Shown piece by piece: positions 1 to 10,826 of a stretch of DNA of 64,000 bases. Made by a program: the position numbers and the translations under genes. The stretch spans positions 28,243-92,242 of the forward strand of contig CAWGWF010000006.1 in NCBI GenBank assembly GCA_963826225.1. The letters run 5' to 3'. Below the pieces are notes generated by a model. That model saw nothing but the letters and a program-made list of their open reading frames with translations. It was not told the origin of the DNA and did no database searches. The number at the start of each line of letters is the position of its first letter. Position 1 is the stretch's first letter. This DNA comes from an uncultured Chloroflexia bacterium (GTDB taxonomy: Bacteria; Chloroflexota; Limnocylindria; Limnocylindrales; CSP1-4).

Positions 1-784
1 TCCGCACGACCTCCATCACCCGCGCGAACGATGCGACGAGCGGCCCCTCGAGGCGCTCGGAGAACGTCGGCTCGCCACCGGGCGTCGGCCGGAACTGATA
101 CACGAGCCGTGGTCGCTCCGCATCGGCGGGCAGCAAGAGGAGCGCGCCCGCGCGGTTCAGCCGCTCGCCGGCCAGCAGGTCGAGGGCCCGGAGCAGGTCG
201 AGGTCAGACATTGAAACGAGGCGGCGCCGGTCGTCGGGAAGCGCGGACAGGACGGACCTGACCGTCTCGAGGATGGCCGCGGAGACATCGCCCGGCGCGC
301 GATCCGACGCCTCGGCCGACCAGTCGTGCCCGAGGCGCTCCTCCCGGAGCCGCGTCGCCTCGGCGACCGGCATCGGCTGGCACTGGTTGCCGATGCGCTG
401 GTATGGGCGGCCCTTCGAGTCGGCGTAGACGTCGATCCCCTCGGGCACCTGGATGACGAGCAGCCGCACCCCTCGGCGGATGAGCTCCCGAACCTCGACA
501 AGGAGGCCCGGTTGCGTCGAGGCGTAGATGGACTGGCGGAGTCGATCGATCGCGAGCGCAGTGCCCAGGAGAGCGTCCGGGCCTGTGCGACGATCCGCGA
601 CGCCGAGCACGATCGTCCCGCCGGCGCCGTTCGCAAAGCACACCGCGGCCTCGGCGATGTCCCGCTCGGTCTCCTCGGGCAGGCGCTTGTCCTGCTTGAA
701 CTCCAGGATCTGGCTCTCGAGCTCCGCCGCGGGTCGCCCGTTGTCGAGCTCGGCCAGGATCCGCGCGATGTCGACGGCCACCAT
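1..784 (-). CDS. AlbA_2 (Schlafen-like) domain protein; 3' end runs off the window
   Basis: Not in the ORF track because there is no stop in the window. Manual translation from ATG 784 (RBS GAGGGG): MVAVDIARILAELDNGRPAAELESQILEFKQD...AAVCFANGAGGTIVLGVAD, the AlbA_2 signature. Frame appears open to position 1. Confidence 0.8.
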   Translation of the reverse strand, partial: MVAVDIARILAELDNGRPAAELESQILEFKQDKRLPEETERDIAEAAVCFANGAGGTIVLGVADRRTGPDALLGTALAIDRLRQSIYASTQPGLLVEVRELIRRGVRLLVIQVPEGIDVYADSKGRPYQRIGNQCQPMPVAEATRLREERLGHDWSAEASDRAPGDVSAAILETVRSVLSALPDDRRRLVSMSDLDLLRALDLLAGERLNRAGALLLLPADAERPRLVYQFRPTPGGEPTFSERLEGPLVASFARVMEVVR

Positions 785-806
785 CCCCTCGCCAGCAGTT
801 TCGCCG

Positions 807-847
807 GAGTTTAGCACCCTTGCGCTGCATGCGCACCCACTAAACTC
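807..847. promoter_or_regulatory. Inverted repeat upstream of the AlbA_2 gene, candidate operator
   Basis: GAGTTTAG (807-814) / CTAAACTC (840-847) around an internal TGCGC-TGCAT-GCGCA palindrome. Confidence 0.35.
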
Positions 848-1115
848 GCGACAAACCTGCCGTCCCGGCACCACCTCAGGGCGCGTACGGCGGAGGCCGA
901 CGCCGGGATCTGGACCCTGCAGCCGCCGAGGGGGGCGCAGCGCATCTCGGCGACACCGGAGGCACCCGAGAGGTCGCGAAGTGGCGAGCTCCCGCGCCTC
1001 CCCGGGACCCGTCCTTTACAGAATCGCCGTTCTTCACCCTGGCTGTAAAGAACGGCATGGCCCCGGTGACGTCCCCCCAACAGCGGCCGATCCGTGCGAC
1101 GGCGGAGAGGTCTCT

Positions 1116-1982
1116 CTAGCGGCCGCTGGCAGGCCGATCGGGGAACCGTCCGGCTCTGGCCTGGGCCTGATATGACTGCCCAAGGAAGACCGCCACGGTC
1201 GTCGCCGCGTTGACAACCACCTCCGCATGGTGACGAGCTGGCATGCGCACGCGAGCGTGACCATCGCTGAGCTTGTTGCGCAGAGGCGCGAGGCCGTTCA
1301 CGACCGTCACGAGCCCGCGAACAACATCCTTGAAGCGCGCGTCCAGATCCTCCCGCTCGTCGTCGAGTCGGAGCATCCGGGACACCGCCTTGTACTGCCG
1401 CGGGAGGTCGCCGGCGTAGTCGCTCCGGGCGCCGGTCAGGGCCTCTTCAAGCTCGCCGAGCACCACCTCCAGCAGCGTTCTTGCGTTCGTGATCGCCCCG
1501 TCGTAGTCGCCGGTCTCCAGCTTGACCCTGCACTTGTCCGCGAGCTCGCGGACGTAGTCGTCGGACAGCGGGTCACCACGTTGCGCTGCCGGCAAGTCGA
1601 CCATCGTTCGGCCCACGAGCCTATAGCCAGTCCCGACGCGAATGAGCTGATAACCCTCGGCCTTCAACGCGCTGTTGAGATACGTAACCGCCGGTCCTGG
1701 CTCCATCGACGAACCCGCGAAGCTCGCGGGTCCTACCACCGCCTCGACGATCTTCGCGAGCTCATCCGTTGCGTTGTATCTCCTCAGCCACGCTTCCGCC
1801 CGCTGCTGCCGACTGCCACCCTCCAGCTCGGCCGACTCAAGACCGAGGTCCTGCTCGAAGAACGCATCGATGTCCACATAGCGCCGATAAGGCGAGATGC
1901 TGACCTCGTCTGCACCCGCGTTCCCGCACACGACTTCGGCGATGATGCTCAGTGTTCGGACCGAGAGTCGAGGAGCCGTCAT
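1116..1982 (-). CDS. Abortive infection family protein with C-terminal Abi_C domain
   Basis: 288 aa; GDYDGAITNARTLLE and LAPLRNKLSDGH (R-x4-6-H HEPN-like motif); start overlaps the hsdS stop (ATGA). Confidence 0.75.
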   Translation of the reverse strand: MTAPRLSVRTLSIIAEVVCGNAGADEVSISPYRRYVDIDAFFEQDLGLESAELEGGSRQQRAEAWLRRYNATDELAKIVEAVVGPASFAGSSMEPGPAVTYLNSALKAEGYQLIRVGTGYRLVGRTMVDLPAAQRGDPLSDDYVRELADKCRVKLETGDYDGAITNARTLLEVVLGELEEALTGARSDYAGDLPRQYKAVSRMLRLDDEREDLDARFKDVVRGLVTVVNGLAPLRNKLSDGHARVRMPARHHAEVVVNAATTVAVFLGQSYQAQARAGRFPDRPASGR

Positions 1983-3194
1983 CGCATCTCGGGCCCACCG
2001 AACAGGCGCGGAAGGAGAGCATCGCGGAGTGACGCGAGTGTTCGCGCCGCAGAACGGGCGACCGCGATCCGATCATTCAGGAGCTCAAGACGCCCTGCCA
2101 CGGAGCGCCGGACGTCCGCTCTGGGCGCAGCAACAAGATGACCGGTCAGAGCAGACGTTGGGAGGACACCGGTTCCGTGCCCGGAACTCTCCACCCGGGC
2201 AAGAAGCACCTCCTGAGCGTCGAGGACCGAGAAGAGCAGCATCGCAGGCTCCAAATCCACAGGCGTCAGCGACTTCACGTCCTGGTTGAAGGTGACATCT
2301 TCGCGTGCCTGACTGACGCGGACCCGTTCGTGGAGGCCCATCCCGCGCACCATCACGAGCGTGCTGCCTGCTGGCGCGAGACGAGTACCGCGCCCGATCG
2401 CGGCCGGGCTGACCCACTCCTCCGGTTCATCGCAGTGGATGCTTGTCATTACCTTGGGGCTGATCCACGGAATCGGCCCCGCCCACAGCTCCTCGGTCCG
2501 CCTCGCTGGAGTCCCGCCGGACGACACCTGGCAGACGTCACCGATCGGACAGAAGTCCGTCTGCGGCAGCGCTTCTCGCCACTCACGGTACGTGAACCGC
2601 CCGAGAGTCTCGAGCGTGGCTGCCATTCGCTCGTTGAGCGCGATCCTGTCGTCGAGCGCGCCGAGCATGTCGGCGATCCGACGTTGGACCGGTAGCGCCG
2701 GGACTGGCACATGGAGCGTCTCGAGATCTCGACGCTTGACCCTCATGCGCGTCGTGCCCGTCGCAAGGCCATCGACGAATCGGAGACACGCTGGCGAGTT
2801 CAGGAAGTAGGACAAGTAGCGGCCGTCGAGGACGTTGGCCTTGGGCCGAAGTATCGCGACATCAACGGCGGTGACAGCTCGCCACGGAAGGCGATCGATC
2901 CACCAGGCTCTACCGGTAGGCTCAGGCATTCGAGCCACGAGCACGTCCCCAACGGCCAGCTCAGTACAGTTCAACCGTGTGAAGGTCTCCTGTGAGATCG
3001 AGCGGAAGTTGCCTGTCTCCACAAACCGCCCGACGCCGATGTTCGAGATCTGGAGCAGCCGGAAGGCATCCCCACCCTGGTCCTTGGTCTCGATCCAGTC
3101 GCCGTCGCGAACGAACTCGCAGAGACTCGCGATGGTCTCGGTTGCCCATCTCTCGGGAGTCGCCCCGGGCAACGGCTGGTTGACTGGACCCACT

Positions 3195-3202
<8 letters not shown>
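1979..3202 (-). CDS. hsdS: Type I restriction-modification specificity subunit
   Basis: Two TRDs with conserved spacers ([27 protein letters not shown]; [16 protein letters not shown]) and SSGGTP; GTG 3202 overlaps the hsdM stop. Confidence 0.9.
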
Positions 3203-4751
<1,549 letters not shown>

Positions 4752-4919
4752 GTCAGCTCCCCACTTCTATCGGTGAGGCGAGTCTAGCCGGGAGCGCACA
4801 GCCGCTTCCGCCGCTCGCGCCGTGAGAAGTCGGAGTCGCCCCCGCAGCATCCACCGCCCATCCGCATCACTGCCCAACATGTGGACAACGCCGCGCCCAC
4901 CGGCCGGATCTCGTGGATA

Positions 4920-4931
4920 GAACGTCTGTTC
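4920..4931. promoter_or_regulatory. LexA (SOS) box of GAAC-N4-GTTC type
   Basis: GAACGTCTGTTC in the divergent intergenic region between hsdM and the replication module. Confidence 0.55.
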
Positions 4932-5122
4932 ACACGGCAGCTGACGGCCTAAACTGAGCTGCTCGAAGCACCTCTGCTCGCCGGCCAGCCTCTCGGCTGA
5001 AACGTCATCCCGGAGGGCCGCTCCCCGTGTCCGAACCCGCTAGCGGCGCAGCCGCGCCCAGCGCCGCTCGCGGCCGCCCATCGCAGGGGCGGCGGGGCGG
5101 CAGGTGAGCCGAGTTCGACCCG

Positions 5123-5566
5123 GTGCTCATGCACGCGGTCGTCACGCGCGTGGAGGCCGAGCGGCCCGTGCTCGACCTAGACCTGGTCGTCGCCCTCTAC
5201 CACCACCTCACCGGGCTCGAGGGCCCCCAGCCGACGTTCGAGGCACTGCTCGAGTACCTGGACCGCGTCGAGCCCTGGCTCGGCGAGGGCGGGCTGCGCG
5301 AGCTCCTCGGGCTGGCGCCCGACGCTCCGCGCCGGCGGCGGGCAGCCGAGCGGCCGGGCGGCGACTCCCCCGTGCCCGGGCGCGGGCGCCCGAGGGGCAC
5401 GGGCCAGCTGACGGCCAGCGCGGTTCGGGCGGCGCACGAGGCCTTCCGAGTCGAGCGCGGACGCCGGCCGACCCAGGCCGAGCTCGCGTCGCGGATGGAC
5501 GTGGCGACACGTTCCCTCCAGCGCTTCCTGCACGACCACTGCCTGGGCTGGCCGCTCGAGGGGTAG
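5123..5566 (+). CDS. Hypothetical protein with C-terminal helix-turn-helix
   Basis: GRPRGTG...RRPTQAELASRMDVATRSLQRFL; start uncertain (possible indel after the GTG at 5104). Confidence 0.55.
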   Translation: MLMHAVVTRVEAERPVLDLDLVVALYHHLTGLEGPQPTFEALLEYLDRVEPWLGEGGLRELLGLAPDAPRRRRAAERPGGDSPVPGRGRPRGTGQLTASAVRAAHEAFRVERGRRPTQAELASRMDVATRSLQRFLHDHCLGWPLEG

Positions 5567-5671
5567 CCGCCTCGCCGCGGAGCGGATGGCGCATTCCTGG
5601 CGCATTGATGGCGTGTTGTTGTCGCGTTCGCCTCGTTTACCTGGCGTGTGGAGCGGACGTTCAATCGGGAC

Positions 5672-5872
5672 ATGCCCACGATCACCATCCGCATCCCCGA
5701 GGACGCAGAGGCGGCCTTGCGCGACCTCGCCCGGGCCGAGTGCCGCACCCCGCGCGACCAGGCCTCGTTCCTGGTCGTCCAGGGCCTCCGCGCCCGCGTC
5801 CGCGCGGCTGCTGGGCGCCGCGGCAGCGCGTCCACGTCGCGGCCGGGCGCTCCCGCGGATCCCACGCCGTGA
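5672..5872 (+). CDS. Ribbon-helix-helix (CopG/Arc-like) regulator
   Basis: MPTITIRIPEDAEAALRDLARAECRTPRDQASFLVVQGL; stop overlaps the GTG of the primase gene. Confidence 0.7.
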   Translation: MPTITIRIPEDAEAALRDLARAECRTPRDQASFLVVQGLRARVRAAAGRRGSASTSRPGAPADPTP

Positions 5873-8004
5873 CAGGCTCGCGCCCGACCGCCGAGGACCG
5901 CATTCGCGCCGCGACCTGGTTCGCCGACCGCGGCTTCGGGGTCTTCAGCGTGTGGAGCGCGGACCCCGACGGCACCTGCCGGTGCACGAAGCGGGCGGCG
6001 TGCGGGAGCCCCGGCAAGCACCCGATCGGCCGCCAGGGCTTCCTCGAGCACACGCGGGACCCCGAACGCATCCGGACGCTGCTCTCGGCGGCGTCGGAGC
6101 CCAACTACGGGCTCGTGTGCCCCGACGGCGTGTTCGTGCTCGACGTCGACGGCGACGGGGTCGCGCGGCTCGCCGAGCTCGAGGCGCGCCTGGGGCCGCT
6201 GCCGCCCACGCTGCGGACGAACACCGCGCACGGCCAGCACGTGTTCCTGCGCTGGCCGGCAGAGGCTTGCCGCGGCCCGCCGGACAGCTGTTCGGCTACG
6301 TGACGCGCTGGGGGTCCGGCCCCGGCGCGGGGTACGTGATCGGACCCCGCAGCGTCCACGCCTCGGGCGCGGTCTACGACGCCGGCCGGGCCCGTCCACC
6401 GACATCGCCGAGCTGCCCGACGCTTGGGCCCGCGCGGCAGTCGCGCCGGCGCGAGGCCGCGACGAGGACGCGATCGAGGTCTCGGGCGGGTACGAGCTGC
6501 CGCCGGCGGGCTACCCCGAGGCCCGCTACGACCAGATCCGCGACTACGTCGCGTCGCGCTACATGCGCGGCCTCGCCAGGGAGGAGATCTGGGCGGGCGT
6601 CCGGGCGTCCTGGCGCCCCGGTTCGCCGCGCCGCTCGCCGAGCCCGAGCATCCGGGAGCGCTTCGAGCGGGCGTGGCGGGGCACCCGGGAGCGCCTCGGC
6701 GAGCCGATGGCGGACCCCGGGGCGGACGCCGCGATCATGGCCGCGGCCGCCGCGGCGCCGGCAGAGCCGACCGCGGCGGATTGGCCCGCGCCGCCCGACG
6801 ACGCGGTCTACCACGGCCCGCTGGGCGAGATCGTGCGCGCCGTCGCCCCGCACACCGAGGCCGACCCGGTCGGGCGTGCTCGGGACGCTGCTCGCGTCCG
6901 TCGGCGCCGCCATGGGCGGCCTCCGCTTCATCTACCAGGGCAGCGCCCAGGCGCCGAACCTGTTCGTCGTCCTCGTCGGCGACAGCAGCACCGGGCGCAA
7001 GGGCACCGCGGGCTCGATCGCCCGCGAGGTGATGAACCGCGGCGTACCCCGACTGGAGCCAGCTGATCGTCGCCGGCCTGGGATCAGGCGAGGGCCTCGT
7101 CAGCTACCTCAAGGCGCACGAGACGCTGGGCGAGCACCGGGCGCTCGTCATGGAGAGCGAGTTCGGCCGCCTCCTCACGGTCATGGGCCGGGAGGGCTCG
7201 ACGCTCTCCCCGGTGGTCCGCGACGCCTGGGACGGCGTCCCGATGGGGCGCGTCCTCGCGCGCGAGCACGCGATCGTCCACGGGCACCACGTCGGGGTCG
7301 TGGCCCACGTCACCCCGGTCGAGCTCCGAGCGAAGCTCTGCGGCACCGACGCCGCGAACGGCTTCGGCAACCGCTTCATCTGGCTCGCGGTGCGGCGCAC
7401 CCGCCTCGTGCCCTTCCCCGTGTCGCCCGTCGAGCGCGTCGACCAGGGACTCCTCGCCGCCGTCGGCGCGGCGATCGCCGAGGCCCAGGCGCCAGGCGAG
7501 GTGCCCTGGTCACCCGACGCGCGCGACGCCTGGGAGGACCTGTACCTCGAGCTCTCGCTGCGGCGACCGTACGGGCTGCTGGCCGCCATGACGGCGCGGA
7601 CCGAGGCGCAGATCGTCCGCCTGGCGCTCGTGTACGCCCTGCTCGACCGGTCGGCGGTCATCGACGTCCCGCACCTGCGCGCCGCGCGCGCCCTGTGGGA
7701 CTACGCCGAGCGGTCGGTGCGCCACGTCTTCGGCGACTCGACCGGCGACCGCCATGCCGACGCGCTCCGGCTGCAGCTCGCCGACGGGCCGCTCCAGTGG
7801 GAGGAGGCGAAGCGGGCGTTGGGCGTCCGGAGCGCCGCCGAGCTCGAGTCCGCGGTCGCGCTCCTGGAGTCCCTCGGCATCGCCGAGCGGACGAAGGTGC
7901 GGCTCGCCACCTCGAAGCGGCCGGCGACCGTGATCCGCCTCGCCGGAACAACCACAACAACCACGACAACCACGCTAGCGCCCGCGCACGAGATGGGGGC
8001 CTAG
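5869..8004 (+). CDS. Bifunctional primase-polymerase (Prim-Pol) fused to a DUF3987 helicase-like domain; multiple frameshifts
   Basis: Pieces across frames: CRC..C.SPGKHP, NYGLVCPDGVFVLDVD, TAHGQHVFLRWP, GYVIGPRSVHASG; then PHTEADP, LVGDSSTGRKGTA (Walker A-like), SGEGL, ESEFG, DAWDG, NGFGNRF. Confidence 0.8.
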
Positions 8005-8107
8005 GACTGCATGGAAGCTGTGTGGTTTACGTGGTTATTGGCTTGGCGCGTAGGGATAGGGGTGTGCGCGCGACCCCTGTGTGGTTGTCGTGGTTCTCGC
8101 GGTTGTT
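7948..8107. repeat. Inverted arrays of 9-bp repeats (ACAACCAC core), putative replication origin
   Basis: ACAACCACA-ACAACCACG-ACAACCACG (7948-7974); GTGGTT at 8022 and 8031; GTGGTTGTC-GTGGTTCTC-GCGGTTGTT (8081-8107). Confidence 0.6.
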
Positions 8108-8114
8108 CGGGCTG

Positions 8115-8294
8115 ATGGCCGAGCAGGTGCGGCGGCCGGTGGAGCGTGATCCGCTCGTCGCCGCCCTCGCCCGCTACGTCGAGGCGCTCCATCGGCGCTA
8201 TCCCGACGGCCCCGACCAGCTGCGCCGGGAGCGCCTTGACGGCAGAGCAAAGGTGTCCGGCATGGTCAGGATCGCGAAGGCCGGCGCGGCGTGA
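8115..8294 (+). CDS. Small hypothetical protein coupled to the recombinase
   Basis: 59 aa MAEQVRRPVERDPLVAALARYVEALHRRYP...; TGA overlaps the recombinase GTG. Confidence 0.5.
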   Translation: MAEQVRRPVERDPLVAALARYVEALHRRYPDGPDQLRRERLDGRAKVSGMVRIAKAGAA

Positions 8295-9806
8295 CGCCGC
8301 AAGCGCCTGCCGCGCTCTCTCGACGACATCCGGGGTCTGCGGGTCGCCCGCTGGATCCGCGAGTCGACAGCCGGCCAGTACGACCGCTACGGCCCGGCCA
8401 GCCAGCGCGAGCAGCAGGACCGCTTCATCGAGCGCCACGGCCTCGTCGACACGGGGCTCGTGTTCCAGGTCGCCCACAGCGGCACGCACCGTCTGGCGCT
8501 CGGCGACGATGACCGAGATGCTCGCGGAGGCGCAGGCCGGGGCGTTCGACCTCCTCCTGGCCGGGTACTCCGACCGCTGGCAGCGCAACCTCCGGCGGAC
8601 GCTCGAGCTCCTCGAGGACGGCCTCCATCCCGCGGGCGTCGCCCTCGTCATGTGCGACCGGCGGATCCTGTCCTCCGACCCCCACGACTGGGACGAGCTG
8701 ATCTCGGAGGCCGCCGGGGCGGAGAAGTACAGCCGGCGCCTGTCGGAACGGATCACCGACGGCTACGCCGCGAAGTTCGACCACCGCGACGACCCGGGCG
8801 GCCACGCCGGCCTCGGCTTCCGGCGCTGCCGCGAGCCGCCGCACACGTCCTCGAGATCGACCCGGAGCGGATGCCGATCGCAGTCGGCCTGTTCGAGCGG
8901 TACGCCCTCGGCAACGTCAGCGCGAGCGAGCTCGAGGCGGAGACCGGGCTCGCCGCGACGGGCATCCGGATGATCCTGATGAACCCGCTCTACAACGGCT
9001 GGATCCGCCGGCACCGGCGGAAAGGACGAGACGCGCCGCAGCCGGCGCCGTGGCGCTCGAACCCACCCGTGTCAGACGAGCTGTGGGCGCGGGTCGAGGA
9101 GGTCCGGCGCGCCAAGACCCGTGGCGGGGGACCGAGCGACCGTGACCGGGTCGACCTGCTCGGCGGCCTGCTCTAGTGCGTCTGCGGTCGGCGGCTCCGC
9201 AACGACGGGACGTTCGCCGATGGCCGCCACCGCAAGCTCCACCCCAACCCGTGCGAGGCCTGGGGCCGCAAGGCCCGCCTCGGCGACGAGACCTGGGAGG
9301 CGCCGGTCCTGGCCCAGGTGGCCGGCATCGCGCTCGACGACGACACCATCGCGTCGGTCGTCGCGGCCCTCGGCTCGAGCCGCCAGCCGGTCGCGATCGA
9401 CCGCGCCCGGATCGAGCGGCAGATCCGCGAGCTCGCGCTCGAGCACGCCGCCGGCCGTCTCGGCGACGAGGCCTACCTCGCCCGCCTCAGGGTGCTCCGC
9501 GAGCAGCGGGACGCGATCGCCGAGCGGACGGCCGCCGGGCTACCGGCCGAGCGGGCGGTCGAGTGGCTGCGCGCCCTCGGCGAGTCCTCCAAGCCGGCAG
9601 ACGTACCGAAGGAGAAGGCAGACCTGATGCACGCCATCTACGAGCGGATCACGGTCGCGGGCCCCGAGATCGTGGGTGTCCGGCTGACCCCGGCGGCCTA
9701 CGCGCACGGATTGGCGCTGGCACTGCCCGAAAAGGTTGAACTGGCGCGCCCGACAGGATTCGAACCTGCGACCTTCGGCTCCGGAGGCCGACGCTCTATC
9801 CACTGA
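8291..9806 (+). CDS. Large serine recombinase (integrase); frameshifts plus in-frame TAG at 9174
   Basis: RVARWIRESTAGQ (catalytic Ser motif), GYSDRWQRN, LSERITDG, ILMNPLYNG, PPVSDELWARV, LLGGLL*CVCG zinc ribbon, C-terminal coiled coil. Confidence 0.85.
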
Positions 9807-9817
9807 GCTACAGGCGC
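9742..9817 (-). tRNA. tRNA-Arg (anticodon CCG)
   Basis: GCGCCTGTAGCTCAGTGGATAGAGCGTCGGCCT-CCG-GAGCCGAAGGTCGCAGGTTCGAATCCTGTCGGGCGCGCCA; cloverleaf with encoded CCA. Confidence 0.97.
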
Positions 9818-9871
9818 GCGCGGCCCATAGGGTACCGCACGACCGGCCGGGCTACCGCCTGTCGCCCCGGA

Positions 9872-10826
9872 TCAGCGTCGGCCTCCGGCCGGTGCCGAGA
9901 GCACGCGGGCCAGCACGTCGGCCAGCTGGGCCGTCGCGACGCCGATCACCGTGTCGGCGCCCCCGTAGTAGACGGAGAGGGTGCCGGTCGCGGCGTCCAG
10001 CGTCCAGCCGCAAGGGAACACGACGCGGCCCACGTCACCGGTGAGCTCGTACGGGGCGCTGGGGCCGAACACCCACTCGTCGGTCCGCCGGAGGACGCGG
10101 GTCGGGTCCTCCAGGTCCAGCAGGGCGAGGCCGGCGCGGTAGATCGGACCGTCCGAGGTGGCGTGGACGCCGTGGTACAGCACGAGCCAGCCTTCGGTCC
10201 GTCTCGAGCGGCGGCGGCCCGAGGCCGATCTTGTTGGCGTCCCACCAGGCGCCGGCGCGGGCCTCCAGCAGCAGCTGGTGATCGCCCCAGTGACGCAGGT
10301 CCGGTGAGTACGAGATCCAAATATGGGCGCCGCCGCGCAGCGGCGAGGGGCGGTGGATCATCGCCCAGCGCCCGTCGAACCGCCGCGGGAACAGGGCGGC
10401 GTCCTTGTCCTCGGGTGGCGTGGCGGGGCCCAGCCGGCGGACGGTCCGGAAGTCGCGCGTGGTCGCGAGCGACACGAGCGGCCCGCGACGGCTGTAGGCC
10501 GTGTAGGCGATGACCCACTCCTCGCGCTCCGGGAGCCAGGTGACGCGAGGGTCCTCGCAGCCCCAGGTCTCCTCCGGATCCTGGTCCACGTCGGCGCGCA
10601 GGAGCGGCTCCGGGTCGAACCGCCAGCCCGTGACGCCGTCCGCGCTGCGCGCGACGTGCAGCTGCGAGATTCCCCGCATGTCCTCGACGCGGGCAAGGAG
10701 CACGGTCTCGCCGCCCACCCGGGCGGCGCCCGGGTTGAACACGGAGTTGGCCTGGTAGGAAAGGTCCGCGACGGTCAGGATCGGGTTCAGGTCGGAGCGC
10801 TGGAACAGCTCCTGCGGTCGGGTCAC
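9872..10826 (-). CDS. GH130-family glycosidase/phosphorylase; frameshift near 10197
   Basis: NPILT, VFNPGAA, GCEDPRVT, EDKDAALFP, MIHRP, then LYHGV...YRAGLALLDLEDP, VVFPCG, YYGGADT. Confidence 0.85.

Noticed and set aside
807-847. Possible integron attC site
   Set aside because: Order is GTT...AAC rather than AAC...GTT, and no integron integrase is present
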